In this document: in pieces, positions 9,739-19,396 of the stretch | Numbering within the stretch: position 1 is the stretch's first letter | How the letters are laid out: each line of letters starts with the position of its first letter | DNA from: a virus | Direction: 5' to 3' (one strand) | Virus record (IMG/VR): IMGVR_UViG_3300032315_000979 | Coordinates: 32,001-96,000 of that record | Length of the DNA: 64,000 bases | The notes under the pieces: model-generated | Database searches by the model: none | What the model was told of the DNA's origin: nothing | Seen by the model: the letters and a program-made list of their open reading frames with translations, nothing else | Translations under genes and position numbers: made by a program

Positions 9739-10304
9739 TGGAAGTTGTAGACAATTTTTTACCAAGATTTTATCAGGAAACAATATATAAAAGTATATTG
9801 CTTGAGCAAACACCGTGGACTATTATTGATGAAATTAGTGGTGCAAGCTCCGATGTAGATATTGATGGCATAAAAGTATTAAAAAAACAAACTGGTTTTT
9901 ATCATATGTGCTTCGGTGACGATCAGGTTTACTCAAATCTTTTTTACACTATAAGACCAATTCTTGATGCGATAGAGCACTACTGCAATAAGCCAATTGA
10001 AAGTCTAATTAGGGTTAGGGTAGGCATGTTTACCAAATCATCAGAATCTGGAACAAATTCACCGCATGTAGACTTTTCTGACGAGCATAAATCTTTTCTA
10101 TACTATGTAAACAATAGTGACGGAGATACTGTTTTTTATAATGAAAACTATAAAAACATAAAAGATGGAAGTGGATTTAGTGTAAAGCAAAAAGTGTCCC
10201 CAGTAATGGGTAAAGCTGTTCTTTTTGATGGGCTGCAGTATCATAGCTCTTCACCACCAGTTCTTAACGACAGAAGAGTTGTTATTAATATAAATTATTT
10301 GTGA
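9738..10304 (+). CDS. 2OG-Fe(II) oxygenase (paralog of the preceding gene)
   Basis: PHVD...YYVNNSDGDT...GKAVLFDG..YHSS.PP....R.VININ. Confidence 0.85.
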   Translation: MEVVDNFLPRFYQETIYKSILLEQTPWTIIDEISGASSDVDIDGIKVLKKQTGFYHMCFGDDQVYSNLFYTIRPILDAIEHYCNKPIESLIRVRVGMFTKSSESGTNSPHVDFSDEHKSFLYYVNNSDGDTVFYNENYKNIKDGSGFSVKQKVSPVMGKAVLFDGLQYHSSSPPVLNDRRVVININYL

Positions 10305-10311
10305 GGTACAG

Positions 10312-10941
10312 ATGTTTAAAGTTGTAGATAATTCAATTCCATTTCATTTTCAAGAATCTCTAAAACAGATGGTTCTTGATCCAGACTTGCCTTGGTCATA
10401 TGCTGAACATTTTTCATCAGATGGTTTAAGAAACAATCCTAAGAGGACAAAGTTTATTTCAAAAGGTATGGATTTTGAAAGAAGTTATGGTTTTAATCAT
10501 AATATTTACTTTTATCAAAATAATATGGAAATACAAAAAAGCCCCCTGTTTGACCGCTTCTACCCAGTTGTGTATTCATGGATGGATCAAGTTGATATTG
10601 TTAGAGTGATTAGAATGAATTTAAGATTAACAACTAAAATTACAGATAAACCAGTTGTTGATGAACCGCATGTTGATTACAGCGATAAGGGGATTTGCAC
10701 TGTAGTTTATTATCTTTTTGATACTGATGGTAAAACAATTTTCTTTGATAGAAAATTTGAAAAAGGCGATCCTTCACAAGATGAAATTGAACTAACACCT
10801 CTGCACTCAATATCACCCAAGCAGGGTCGTGCTGTATTTTTTGATTCTGATACTTATCACTCAGCATCTCATCCATCAATGACAAATAATAGAATAACCC
10901 TCAATGTTCAATATCTAAGCTCGGAGTTTAAAGGTGCTTAA
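10312..10941 (+). CDS. 2OG-Fe(II) oxygenase (third paralog)
   Basis: PHVD...YYLFDTDGKT...PKQGRAVFFDS..YHSA..P....RITLN. Confidence 0.85.
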   Translation: MFKVVDNSIPFHFQESLKQMVLDPDLPWSYAEHFSSDGLRNNPKRTKFISKGMDFERSYGFNHNIYFYQNNMEIQKSPLFDRFYPVVYSWMDQVDIVRVIRMNLRLTTKITDKPVVDEPHVDYSDKGICTVVYYLFDTDGKTIFFDRKFEKGDPSQDEIELTPLHSISPKQGRAVFFDSDTYHSASHPSMTNNRITLNVQYLSSEFKGA

Positions 10942-11224
10942 ACCGATTGATATTATAGAAGTTTCAAAAAAATGGGGCAGTCGTGAATACTGGACTAAGA
11001 CAAATATAGTTGAAGCTTGGGCTTTTATGACTAAGATCGCCATCATATTTCCAGGTCTGTTGTTTGGGGTGCAGTTTTGGTGGTTATATATATTTGCTCT
11101 TGTGTCAAGTTTGGCTTTGATTCTGACATCAACAATTAAGACTATGCCAACCATTATTTGGTTTAATATCGCATGGGTACTTCTTGCTTCTGCATCAATA
11201 ATTAAATATTGGTGGTGGTCTTAA
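10934..11224 (+). CDS. Small membrane protein (about 3 TM segments)
   Basis: Hydrophobic, Trp-rich segments. Confidence 0.65.
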   Translation: MLKPIDIIEVSKKWGSREYWTKTNIVEAWAFMTKIAIIFPGLLFGVQFWWLYIFALVSSLALILTSTIKTMPTIIWFNIAWVLLASASIIKYWWWS

Positions 11225-11278
11225 TTTGCCCGTTCAGTATTATATTTATCGTTATTCTATTTAATAGGTTTAAAGCTT

Positions 11279-11308
11279 TTGTCAAATTAACTTTTTCTAA
11301 GTTATAAT
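11279..11308 (+). promoter_or_regulatory. Sigma70-type promoter, probably leaderless for ORF 11315
   Basis: TTGTCA (11279-84), 18-nt spacer, TATAAT (11303-08). GTG start 6 nt downstream. Confidence 0.65.
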
Positions 11309-11314
11309 CTTTAT

Positions 11315-13702
11315 GTGAACATTAACTTTCGTAAAGGCTCTTGGGCGATATTGCCTGCACTAATTGTATCTCTTGTATCTATATTTATATCTTCTCCATA
11401 TGCAAACGCAAATTCTGTTTCTATTCCAAATGCAGGGTTTGAAGATAACACTTTTACTGGCTGGTCAAGAGGGTCGCAGACAGGAAATCTTGGGGCATCA
11501 ATTAACGGAGGCGGCACTGGAGTAACCATATTTAATGGCTCAAGAACATTTACTCATGGTCCAAATGGCGCAATGGGAAGCCCAACAGTTAATGGTGCGC
11601 CAAACCCATATTATGCCCCTGCAGTCGCTGCGGGTAGCTGGACTTTTTCTCCAAAAGGTGGAACATACGCTGTTGCTCTGCAACCAAAGGGTGAACAGAC
11701 ATTTAATCAAGCAGCCGCTGCCCTCGGTCTTTCTAATTCTGAAACATCTGGCATCAGATCTATGCTCGCAAGTCAGGCTTCTGCTGCTGGTTTTGGTGCT
11801 GGCAATCCAACCGATGCTGCATGGATTACTCGTGAAGTTCAATTAACCGCAGGAATAGTTTACACAATGTCTTGGAACTACATGGCAACTGATTATGTTC
11901 CATTTAATGATGGCTCAATTACCTCACTTGTCCCTGTCACCGTTGCATCAACTCCAGTTATAACTGTAAATAATTTTGAACAATCATATGCACTTCTTGG
12001 TTTTACAAATCCAGGCACAGGAGACTATTCAACAAACTCCTACGGTGCTACTGGCTGGCAAGTGTCAACTTATGAAGTTTCTGTGTCAGGAACATACAAA
12101 CTTGGCTTTACATCATTTAACCTAGATGACCAAGGTTTGTCACCAGTGTTGATGATTGATGATGAAGTAGGCGCAACGCAAAAATGCACTCAAGGAAGTG
12201 GATGTGCTGTTTTTGGTGGGGTTGAACCAAATAATGAAACAGCCCCGACACTTCCCCCAACCACTACTACGGAAGCAACTACTACTACAACCTCTACGAC
12301 TACTACGACAGTTCCACAAACTACGACAACTTCAACTACCACAACTACGACAACTTCAACTACCACAACTACGACAACTTCAACAACTAGCACTACCAGC
12401 ACAGTTCCAGAGTCAACTTCTACAACCGAGGTGGAAGTGACAACTACAACCACCACAGTTCTTATAAATACAACAGTGCCCCTAACTGTTCAACCTGAGG
12501 TTACAAATCCACCAGAAACGCTCCCAGAGGCTCCTGAGGAGGTGTTTCCACAGCCTAGCCCAGATGTAACTCCAGATCCAGAACCTGCCGTAGAAGAAAA
12601 CCCAGATGAAACCACAGACTCAATTTCTGAAGAAGTTCCTGTAGACACCAGTGTGCCAGAAGAAACAGTGACCACCGATCCAGAAGTTGTGACTACAATT
12701 CCAGAAGAGGAGACCACAACTACAGAACCAGTTGATACTGCGCCTGAAGAAGTGACCGCAGAAGAGGTAGCGGTAATTCTAGAAGAAATTGCGAACGCCT
12801 CTGCTGAAGAAGTTATTGATGTGCTGTCTACATTAAGCATTGAGGAAGTGACAGCGGTAATTGAAAATATCTCAGTTGAGCAACTTACTGAGGTTCTTAA
12901 TGATCTACCTGTGGAAGAGGTTATAAATCTGATTGAGTCAATTGACTCTGCAGAAGCGCTTGAAAATATTGTTGACGCAATCAGCGAAGAAACAATTGAT
13001 CCAGATACTGCAATTGCGGTTATTGAAAATGGAAACTTTGAAGAGCTACCAATTGAGCAAATTGCGGAAGTATTCGCTGCAATTGAACCAGATCAGTTTA
13101 CCGAAGAACAGAAAACGGAATTAGCAGCAGCACTTACTGACGCTCCTGTTGAGATTAAGGAATCGTTTGAGGAAGAAGTTGACATCTATGGAGATGGGTT
13201 TGATGACTACATCCCAACAGGTTCATCTATTGATGTTGGAACTCGTAAGACAGTTCTCGCTGCAGCTGCAGCCATGACAGCGATAACTGCAGTTGGTGCA
13301 GCAACATCTGGTGGATCTACTGGTGGTTCAACTGGTGGATCTGGAGGCTCTGGCGGCTCTGGCGGTTCTGGTAGCACAGAAGGTCGTTCCAGAAAAGAAG
13401 AAGAATCTGAAGGCGGGTTCTCTGGAGAAATTGCAGGTCCAGGAGAAGACGATGGTGAAGATTTTACAAAAAATAGTATATACAAGTATTATATAAGGGA
13501 GGGTAAAGAAATGAAAAAGTTTAATTTGTTTGGTTTTAGCAAAAAGGTGTGGGATATTACTGCTGGATTGGCATTTACCCTCGCAGGAAGCCTTGTAGTT
13601 TATATTACACTTTCTGGTGTAACACAGAAAATTGCTGGAATTGCAACATTAACAGCTATTCTTGTGCATTATGTACATGAAATTCTAAAGAATGACGAAT
13701 AA
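11315..13702 (+). CDS. Secreted, membrane-anchored surface protein with a Thr/Pro/Glu-rich stalk
   Basis: Signal peptide ending ANA, a beta-sandwich domain (IPNAGFED...), poly-Thr and acidic linkers, a hydrophobic Ala-rich segment, a Gly/Ser linker and two C-terminal TM helices. Confidence 0.75.
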   Translation: MNINFRKGSWAILPALIVSLVSIFISSPYANANSVSIPNAGFEDNTFTGWSRGSQTGNLGASINGGGTGVTIFNGSRTFTHGPNGAMGSPTVNGAPNPYYAPAVAAGSWTFSPKGGTYAVALQPKGEQTFNQAAAALGLSNSETSGIRSMLASQASAAGFGAGNPTDAAWITREVQLTAGIVYTMSWNYMATDYVPFNDGSITSLVPVTVASTPVITVNNFEQSYALLGFTNPGTGDYSTNSYGATGWQVSTYEVSVSGTYKLGFTSFNLDDQGLSPVLMIDDEVGATQKCTQGSGCAVFGGVEPNNETAPTLPPTTTTEATTTTTSTTTTTVPQTTTTSTTTTTTTSTTTTTTTSTTSTTSTVPESTSTTEVEVTTTTTTVLINTTVPLTVQPEVTNPPETLPEAPEEVFPQPSPDVTPDPEPAVEENPDETTDSISEEVPVDTSVPEETVTTDPEVVTTIPEEETTTTEPVDTAPEEVTAEEVAVILEEIANASAEEVIDVLSTLSIEEVTAVIENISVEQLTEVLNDLPVEEVINLIESIDSAEALENIVDAISEETIDPDTAIAVIENGNFEELPIEQIAEVFAAIEPDQFTEEQKTELAAALTDAPVEIKESFEEEVDIYGDGFDDYIPTGSSIDVGTRKTVLAAAAAMTAITAVGAATSGGSTGGSTGGSGGSGGSGGSGSTEGRSRKEEESEGGFSGEIAGPGEDDGEDFTKNSIYKYYIREGKEMKKFNLFGFSKKVWDITAGLAFTLAGSLVVYITLSGVTQKIAGIATLTAILVHYVHEILKNDE
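12320..12384 (+). repeat. 24-bp tandem repeat (about 2.7 copies) encoding the Thr-rich stalk
   Basis: ACTACGACAACTTCAACTACCACA at 12320 and 12344, partial copy at 12368. Confidence 0.85.
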
Positions 13703-13754
13703 ATAACTCTGAGATATAATAGGTATTGACCCGTTGGGGTAAGGAGGTGGTCTT

Positions 13755-13952
13755 TTGTCTACTTTGTTGAATGAATCAAATAAGAAAATGCTCTCGTCAT
13801 GGGCGAGATCGTTTTTTGGAGCTGCTTTGGCTGTCTATATGACAGGCAATCATGACCCGAAAGCAATTGCTACAGCAGGTGTCGCTGCTATTGCACCAGT
13901 AATTATGCGTTGGTTGAATCCAAACGATTCGGCTTTCGGAAGAAAGAAGTAA
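13755..13952 (+). CDS. Holin-like membrane protein
   Basis: Strong SD AAGGAGGT before TTG. Two hydrophobic segments, basic C-terminus (RWLNPND..FGRKK). Upstream of the endolysin. Confidence 0.65.
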   Translation: MSTLLNESNKKMLSSWARSFFGAALAVYMTGNHDPKAIATAGVAAIAPVIMRWLNPNDSAFGRKK

Positions 13953-13964
13953 GGTTAATTTAAA

Positions 13965-14213
13965 ATGGCACAGATACAAAACATCCTCCTTAGAATTATT
14001 GCAACATTTGCTGCTTCTGGCTTGGGTGTTGTCGGTGCTGGCACGATTGCTGGTGTCCCGCTATGGAAAGCGATTTTCATGGCGGGCATCGCAGGAGTAG
14101 CAACCGTTATTGAAGGATTGTCAAGAGCATTCCTGGATGATGGTAAACTTAGTCTAGACGAAATTGATCGTGTCTTTTCAAAAACTGAAAAGAGAAAAGA
14201 GGAGATTAAGTAA
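13965..14213 (+). CDS. Holin-like membrane protein
   Basis: Two TM segments and a charged tail (DDGKL...EID). Coupled to the endolysin by TAATG. Confidence 0.6.
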   Translation: MAQIQNILLRIIATFAASGLGVVGAGTIAGVPLWKAIFMAGIAGVATVIEGLSRAFLDDGKLSLDEIDRVFSKTEKRKEEIK

Positions 14214-15055
14214 TGGCTAAGAGAACAGAATGGGATTATATCGTTGAAGTAAAGATGCCTGTTGCGCTTAAAGGTGTTGAACCAGGTAAATTACATGCAA
14301 GTTTGCTCAGGGATATTCCAGGCGGTGGAAAGTTGTTTTACCTTGCGGCTGATGCATGGTTAGCAATGGTTGAGGCTGCAAAGGCTGATGGTGTTGAGCT
14401 TAAGCCCACGAGCAGCGGCGATCTATATCGCAGTTATGAGAGCCAAAAGGCAGGATTTCTTACTCGCTACACTCTTGAGAATACAGGAACTGGATCAACA
14501 AAAACTTTTGAAGGTAAGACTTGGTACTTGAAGAAAGGTATGGCGATGCTTGCCACACCTGGTAAGTCACAGCACAACCTCGGCTTGGCAGTTGATATTG
14601 CCAATGCAAGTGATAAGAAAAGAATTAATTGGTTGATTGCTAATGTTGAAAAGTTTGGGTGGAGTTGGGAAGTAGTTCCTTCAGAGCCTTGGCATATCCG
14701 TTATGTTTGTGGTGACGCAGTACCTCAAGCAGTAAAAGATTATGTTGCTCGTAATCCAAAGCCAGGCAGTCCCTTTGGTTCAGTAGCAGAGCAAAAAGCT
14801 GCTGCTGAAGCAAAAGCAGCAATCCCTGCTCCAAACAAAATAGCTGCTGCATCTAAGCCAAACATTATAAAAGATAATAAAGGCTCTGCTGTAAAAGAAG
14901 CGCAAACTCTTCTTGTAAAACATGGTTTTGCTTGTAAGCCAGATGGTGATTTTGGACCTAAAACACAAGAGCTTGTAAAGCAATTTCAAAAATCAAAAGG
15001 TCTTTCAGTTACAGGTGATGTTGATCAAAACACTTGGGCTGCGTTGCTGGCATAA
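14213..15055 (+). CDS. Endolysin: M15/VanY-type zinc peptidase plus C-terminal peptidoglycan-binding domain
   Basis: YRSY..Q, A.PG.SQHNLGLAVD and EPWH motifs. C-terminal DGDFGPKT...VK.FQ...GL...G.V...TW..L (PG_binding_1). Confidence 0.9.
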   Translation: MAKRTEWDYIVEVKMPVALKGVEPGKLHASLLRDIPGGGKLFYLAADAWLAMVEAAKADGVELKPTSSGDLYRSYESQKAGFLTRYTLENTGTGSTKTFEGKTWYLKKGMAMLATPGKSQHNLGLAVDIANASDKKRINWLIANVEKFGWSWEVVPSEPWHIRYVCGDAVPQAVKDYVARNPKPGSPFGSVAEQKAAAEAKAAIPAPNKIAAASKPNIIKDNKGSAVKEAQTLLVKHGFACKPDGDFGPKTQELVKQFQKSKGLSVTGDVDQNTWAALLA

Positions 15056-15087
15056 CCAATCTTTGATAATATCTTATAGGAGATATT

Positions 15088-15420
15088 ATGGCTGCAACTA
15101 GAAATATTACTATTTATCAAGGCGATACTTATGCTCATGAGCTACGCATTAGAAATAGTGCTAATGCTAATGTAACTATTACATCTAGAACTTACTCTGG
15201 TCAGATTAGAAAGAAAAGAAACTCTGACACGGCTGCAGCGACATTTACATCTGAAATCACAAACGGTGCTAATGGCATTGTTGTTATGTCTTTGTCTGCT
15301 GCGGCTACAGCAAATATTGCTGCAGGGACATATGTTTATGATTTTCAAGAAACTAATGGCACCATTATCACCACACTGATTACTGGAACAGTAACAGTAA
15401 CTGGTGAGGTAAGTAGGTAA
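15088..15420 (+). CDS. Beta-sandwich fibre anchor protein (BppU/LtfC-like)
   Basis: NITIYQGDTY...GQIRK...LSAAATA....GTYVYD.Q...G.VTV..EVSR. SD AGGAG, with TGaTAATAT upstream. Confidence 0.65.
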   Translation: MAATRNITIYQGDTYAHELRIRNSANANVTITSRTYSGQIRKKRNSDTAAATFTSEITNGANGIVVMSLSAAATANIAAGTYVYDFQETNGTIITTLITGTVTVTGEVSR

Positions 15421-15719
15421 TGGCTGGGGACATCACAACCGTTCAGGTAACTAGCGGTGACATAACATCCCTATCTGTATCTACAGATGTCTCAAATATC
15501 ACGGTTGCTTCTGAGATTACAGCAGTAACCGTACAAACGAATGATACAACAGTACTAACTCAATCCCCTGGAACTATAAATTTAGCATCACTTTCCTTTG
15601 CTACATCAGATCCAGCCGATGTCGCTAGAACTGCAAGTGTTGGAGTAAGCAATTTAGCGGCTAGGGCAGATCATGTTCATAGTGCAGCAAATCTATTAAT
15701 GGATGGAGGAAATTACTAA
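15420..15719 (+). CDS. Short fibre/linker protein
   Basis: ARADHVH motif. Ends MDGGNY. Confidence 0.6.
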   Translation: MAGDITTVQVTSGDITSLSVSTDVSNITVASEITAVTVQTNDTTVLTQSPGTINLASLSFATSDPADVARTASVGVSNLAARADHVHSAANLLMDGGNY

Positions 15720-16909
15720 TGGCGAATACGCTGAGAATTAAAAGAAGGGCGACTGGCAGTGCTGGCGCACCTACAAGTTTGGAGAATGCAGAATTAGCAT
15801 TTAACGAAGTAGATAATATTCTTTACTACGGTAAGGGAACTGGTGGCGCAGGTGGATCTGCAACCACTGTTGAAGTAATTGGCGGTCTTGGTGCTTTTCT
15901 TGCTTTAACAACTGATCAAACAATTACTGGCAACAAGACATTTAATGGCACAACGATTGTCGCAACTCCAACTGCAAACGGTCACGCAGCTACTAAGCTT
16001 TATGTTGATAGTGCAGTTGCCAATGTCGCAACTTCGTTTACAGCGGCTGGCGATAGCGGCACAGTCACTATCTCTAGCGGAACTGACACTCTTACAATTG
16101 CTGGTGGAACTGGTTTAACATCGTCAGCAGCATCTGTTGATACGATTACACTTAATCTTGATAACACAGCAGTTACGGCAGCTAACTACGGTGCGGCTGG
16201 ATCTGTTGCAACATTCACTGTTGATGCACAAGGTCGTTTAACTGCTGCTGCAAACACAACTATTTCAATCACTGCTTCACAAGTTAGTGATAGAGCAACA
16301 AACCTTGTAACGGGTTTGACAGGAACTGCAAATGAAATTGCAGTATCAAACTCTGGTGTTGGTGCAGTAACACTTAGCCTTCCAGCTAATGTTACGATCA
16401 GTAATAACCTCACAGTTTCTGGGGATTTGATTGTTAATGGTAATACAACAACTCTTAACACAGCAACACTCGTTGTTGAGGATAAGAACATTGTTCTTGC
16501 AAATGTTGAATCACCAACGGACACGACAGCTGATGGTGCTGGATTTACAATCAAAGGTGCAACAGATAAGACATTGAACTGGGTTGATGCTACTGACGCT
16601 TGGACATCCTCTGAGCACTTCAATATTGTTTCTGGTAAGTCATTCTACATTGGGGGCTCGGCTGTACTTTCAAATACAACTTTGGCTTCAAGTGTCGTTA
16701 CCTCAAGTCTTACATCTGTAGGTACAATTGGTACAGGTGTATGGCAAGGAACTGCTGTAGCAATTGCTTATGGCGGTACTGGCTCTGCAAATGCTTCTGA
16801 TGCAAGAACTGCATTAGGTCTTGCAATCGGTTCAAATGTTCAAGCCTACAGCGCTCAGCTCACAGCACTTGCTGCGAACACTGCTACAATTGATGGTGGT
16901 ACTTTCTAA
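15719..16909 (+). CDS. Fibre protein segment
   Basis: N-terminal RIKRR....AP.SL...ELAFNE domain, ATKLYVD and TVDAQGRLT motifs. Ends IDGGTF. Confidence 0.75.
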   Translation: MANTLRIKRRATGSAGAPTSLENAELAFNEVDNILYYGKGTGGAGGSATTVEVIGGLGAFLALTTDQTITGNKTFNGTTIVATPTANGHAATKLYVDSAVANVATSFTAAGDSGTVTISSGTDTLTIAGGTGLTSSAASVDTITLNLDNTAVTAANYGAAGSVATFTVDAQGRLTAAANTTISITASQVSDRATNLVTGLTGTANEIAVSNSGVGAVTLSLPANVTISNNLTVSGDLIVNGNTTTLNTATLVVEDKNIVLANVESPTDTTADGAGFTIKGATDKTLNWVDATDAWTSSEHFNIVSGKSFYIGGSAVLSNTTLASSVVTSSLTSVGTIGTGVWQGTAVAIAYGGTGSANASDARTALGLAIGSNVQAYSAQLTALAANTATIDGGTF

Positions 16910-16922
16910 TTAAGAGGCTTGA

Positions 16923-18062
16923 ATGGCTAATGTAATTAAGTTAAAAAATTCAGGAACAGCGAATAGCGCCCCTACTTCACTTGAGGTGGGGGAGCTTGCT
17001 ATTAACTATGCTGATGGAAAAATTTATTATAAAAATTCAAGCAATGTAATTGTACAATTTTCCACTTCTAGCGGTTCTGGAATAACAGTATCTGAAACAC
17101 CGCCTGCATCACCATCTGCTGGAAACTTGTGGTATGAATCTGATACTGGTAAAACATTTATTTATTACGATAGTTATTGGGTTGAAACATCTGGCGCTGA
17201 TGGCTCTCAAGGTGCTACTGGCTCTACAGGTCCAGAAGGTGGTACAACAACCTTAACAACAAAGGGCGATATTTTAGCAAGAGATGCTTCAGCATCTGTG
17301 CGTCTTCCCGTTGGAACTAATGGAAAGGTATTGACTGCAAATTCGTCTACTACGACTGGCTTAGAATGGGTAACACCAACAGTTTATGCAACAGTTGCAA
17401 ATCTAAGTACATTGTCAAACACTGTAACAGATATTTCAGGTAATGCAAGTACTCTTTCAAATACTGTTACAACTCTGTCTGCCAATGTCAGCACTCTTTC
17501 AAATACAGTCACTTTAAAAGCTAACATTGCATCCCCAGCATTTACTGGAGTACCAACAGCCCCAACTGCCGCTAACACAGTAAATAATACACAAATCGCA
17601 ACGACTGCTTATGTAAAAACCGTTATTGGGGATTTGATAAATTCAGCACCAGCAACACTAGACACTCTTGGTGAGATTGCAACATCGCTTGCAAATAACG
17701 AATCTCTGTCATCAACATTGACAACATCAATCGCTCTTAAAGCACCGCTTGCGGATCCTACCTTCACAGGAACTGTTTCGGGTATTACAAAATCAATGGT
17801 TGGTCTTGGAAGTGTTGATAACACAACAGACCTTGGAAAACCAATCTCAAACGCTACACAAACAGCGCTTGATCTAAAAGCCCCTCTTGCAAATGCTACA
17901 TTTACGGGGACAATTGTTCTCCCAGCAACAACATCAATTGCTAATGTTACATCAACAGAGATTGGATATTTAGATGGTGTTACATCTGATATTCAAACAC
18001 AGTTAAACACAAAAGCATCAACAGGAAAAGCCATAGCAATGGCAATAGTATTCGGAGGATAA
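16923..18062 (+). CDS. Fibre protein segment
   Basis: Homologous N-terminus (IKLKNS....APTSL..GELAINY), SPAFTGVPTAPT, APATLDTLGEIA and KAPLA repeats. Ends GKAIAMAIVFGG. Confidence 0.75.
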   Translation: MANVIKLKNSGTANSAPTSLEVGELAINYADGKIYYKNSSNVIVQFSTSSGSGITVSETPPASPSAGNLWYESDTGKTFIYYDSYWVETSGADGSQGATGSTGPEGGTTTLTTKGDILARDASASVRLPVGTNGKVLTANSSTTTGLEWVTPTVYATVANLSTLSNTVTDISGNASTLSNTVTTLSANVSTLSNTVTLKANIASPAFTGVPTAPTAANTVNNTQIATTAYVKTVIGDLINSAPATLDTLGEIATSLANNESLSSTLTTSIALKAPLADPTFTGTVSGITKSMVGLGSVDNTTDLGKPISNATQTALDLKAPLANATFTGTIVLPATTSIANVTSTEIGYLDGVTSDIQTQLNTKASTGKAIAMAIVFGG

Positions 18063-18065
18063 GAT

Positions 18066-18419
18066 ATGGCAGCGCCAAATATAGTCAATGTAACAACGAT
18101 TACAGGCAAGACAGCGGTTCTTGCTGTAACCACTACAGCAACAGCAATTGTTACGAATTCTGGTTCAAGCGGAAAAGTATTTAAAGTTAATGCTCTTTAT
18201 GTCTCCAATATTGACGGAGCTGCTGCTGCTGATGTGAATGTGGATATATTCAGATCTTCTACTGCGTATCATATTGCTAAAACAGTTTCGGTACCAGCAG
18301 ATGCAACGCTAGATGTCATTAGCAAATCTATTTATTTGGAGGAAGGTGACACGCTTCGTCTTACTGCTTCTGCTAACTCTGACCTTGAAGCCGTGTGTAG
18401 TTATGAGGAGATTAGTTAA
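18066..18419 (+). CDS. Fibre adaptor protein
   Basis: MAAPNIVNVTTI.GKT...K.IYLEEGD.L......SYEEIS pattern. Confidence 0.6.
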   Translation: MAAPNIVNVTTITGKTAVLAVTTTATAIVTNSGSSGKVFKVNALYVSNIDGAAAADVNVDIFRSSTAYHIAKTVSVPADATLDVISKSIYLEEGDTLRLTASANSDLEAVCSYEEIS

Positions 18420-19396
18420 TGCCGCAGTTTCCTGGGCAAAGCATCGGTGCATCTGGTTTATGGAGTTTAAATGAAGTACGAGATGCTGTATCTGGTTTTA
18501 ATTGGGTATCTCAAAAACCAAATGCTGTTGAGTATTTAGTAGTAGGCGGTGGAGGCGGTGGTGGTAATTATGTCGGTGGCGGTGGAGGCGGTGGTGGATT
18601 TGTTGAAGGAACAGTGTCTGTTGCTGCTGGAGTTACTTACACAATAACAGTCGGTAATGGTGGTGCTGGAGATGCTGCTGGAGCAAACTCAAGCATTGTT
18701 GGCGGAAGTATAAATATCGTTGCTCTGGGCGGTGGTCCTGGCGGAAGATACGCAGATAACCCTGGAACTGCTGGTGGTAGCGGAGGTGGATGCGGTGGAG
18801 TGTCAAATACATCAACCCGCCCTGCTGGTGGTGGAGGATTACAGCCAACCTCAGCGTCTGGTGGTTATGGAAACGCTGGCGGTTCATCAACTTTTGGTGG
18901 AAGAACTGGTACTCCAACATCTGGGCATGGTGGAGGCGGAGCAGGTGGTCCAGGAGGGAACGGAGATGGCGCTTTAACAACAAAAGGCGGAGATGGGAGG
19001 GCTTCATCTATAACAGGAGCAACACTGGTTTACGCAGGCGGAGGTGGAGGCGGTGGCTACTACAGTCCAGGTTCTGACGGAGGAAGAGGTGGTGGAGGAG
19101 GCGGTGGAGGTCATGGCGCAACTGGTGCTGGAGCTGGTGGCACAGGCGGATCTAGCAATGGTTCAGCAGGAAGCACCGTAGGTGAAGGACCAGGTGGTGC
19201 TGGTGCCGCAAACACTGGAGGCGGTGGTGGAGGAACTGGTCATAGCCAAGCATCTGGCGGAGGTGGTTCAGGAATTGTTGTAGTTCGCTACTCAGACTCT
19301 TTTACGGCTGCTACAACTACTGGCTCTCCAACAATAAACCTGTTAAATGGATATAGAATTTATGTATTCAATGCTACTGGGAGTATCACTTTCTAA
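18419..19396 (+). CDS. Glycine-rich adhesin / receptor-binding-like protein
   Basis: VEYLVVGGGGGGG...YTITVG.GG...ANTGGGGGG...GGSGIVVVRY...YRIY.F..TGSITF, a polyglycine-rich domain. Confidence 0.75.
   Translation: MPQFPGQSIGASGLWSLNEVRDAVSGFNWVSQKPNAVEYLVVGGGGGGGNYVGGGGGGGGFVEGTVSVAAGVTYTITVGNGGAGDAAGANSSIVGGSINIVALGGGPGGRYADNPGTAGGSGGGCGGVSNTSTRPAGGGGLQPTSASGGYGNAGGSSTFGGRTGTPTSGHGGGGAGGPGGNGDGALTTKGGDGRASSITGATLVYAGGGGGGGYYSPGSDGGRGGGGGGGGHGATGAGAGGTGGSSNGSAGSTVGEGPGGAGAANTGGGGGGTGHSQASGGGGSGIVVVRYSDSFTAATTTGSPTINLLNGYRIYVFNATGSITF

Noticed and set aside
5615-10941. Oxygenases as TET/JBP DNA-modifying enzymes feeding the glycosyltransferases
   Set aside because: The motifs fit P4H-like and small phage 2OG oxygenases. 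No methyltransferase is adjacent and the genes are over 40 kb from the GTs. Not formally excluded.
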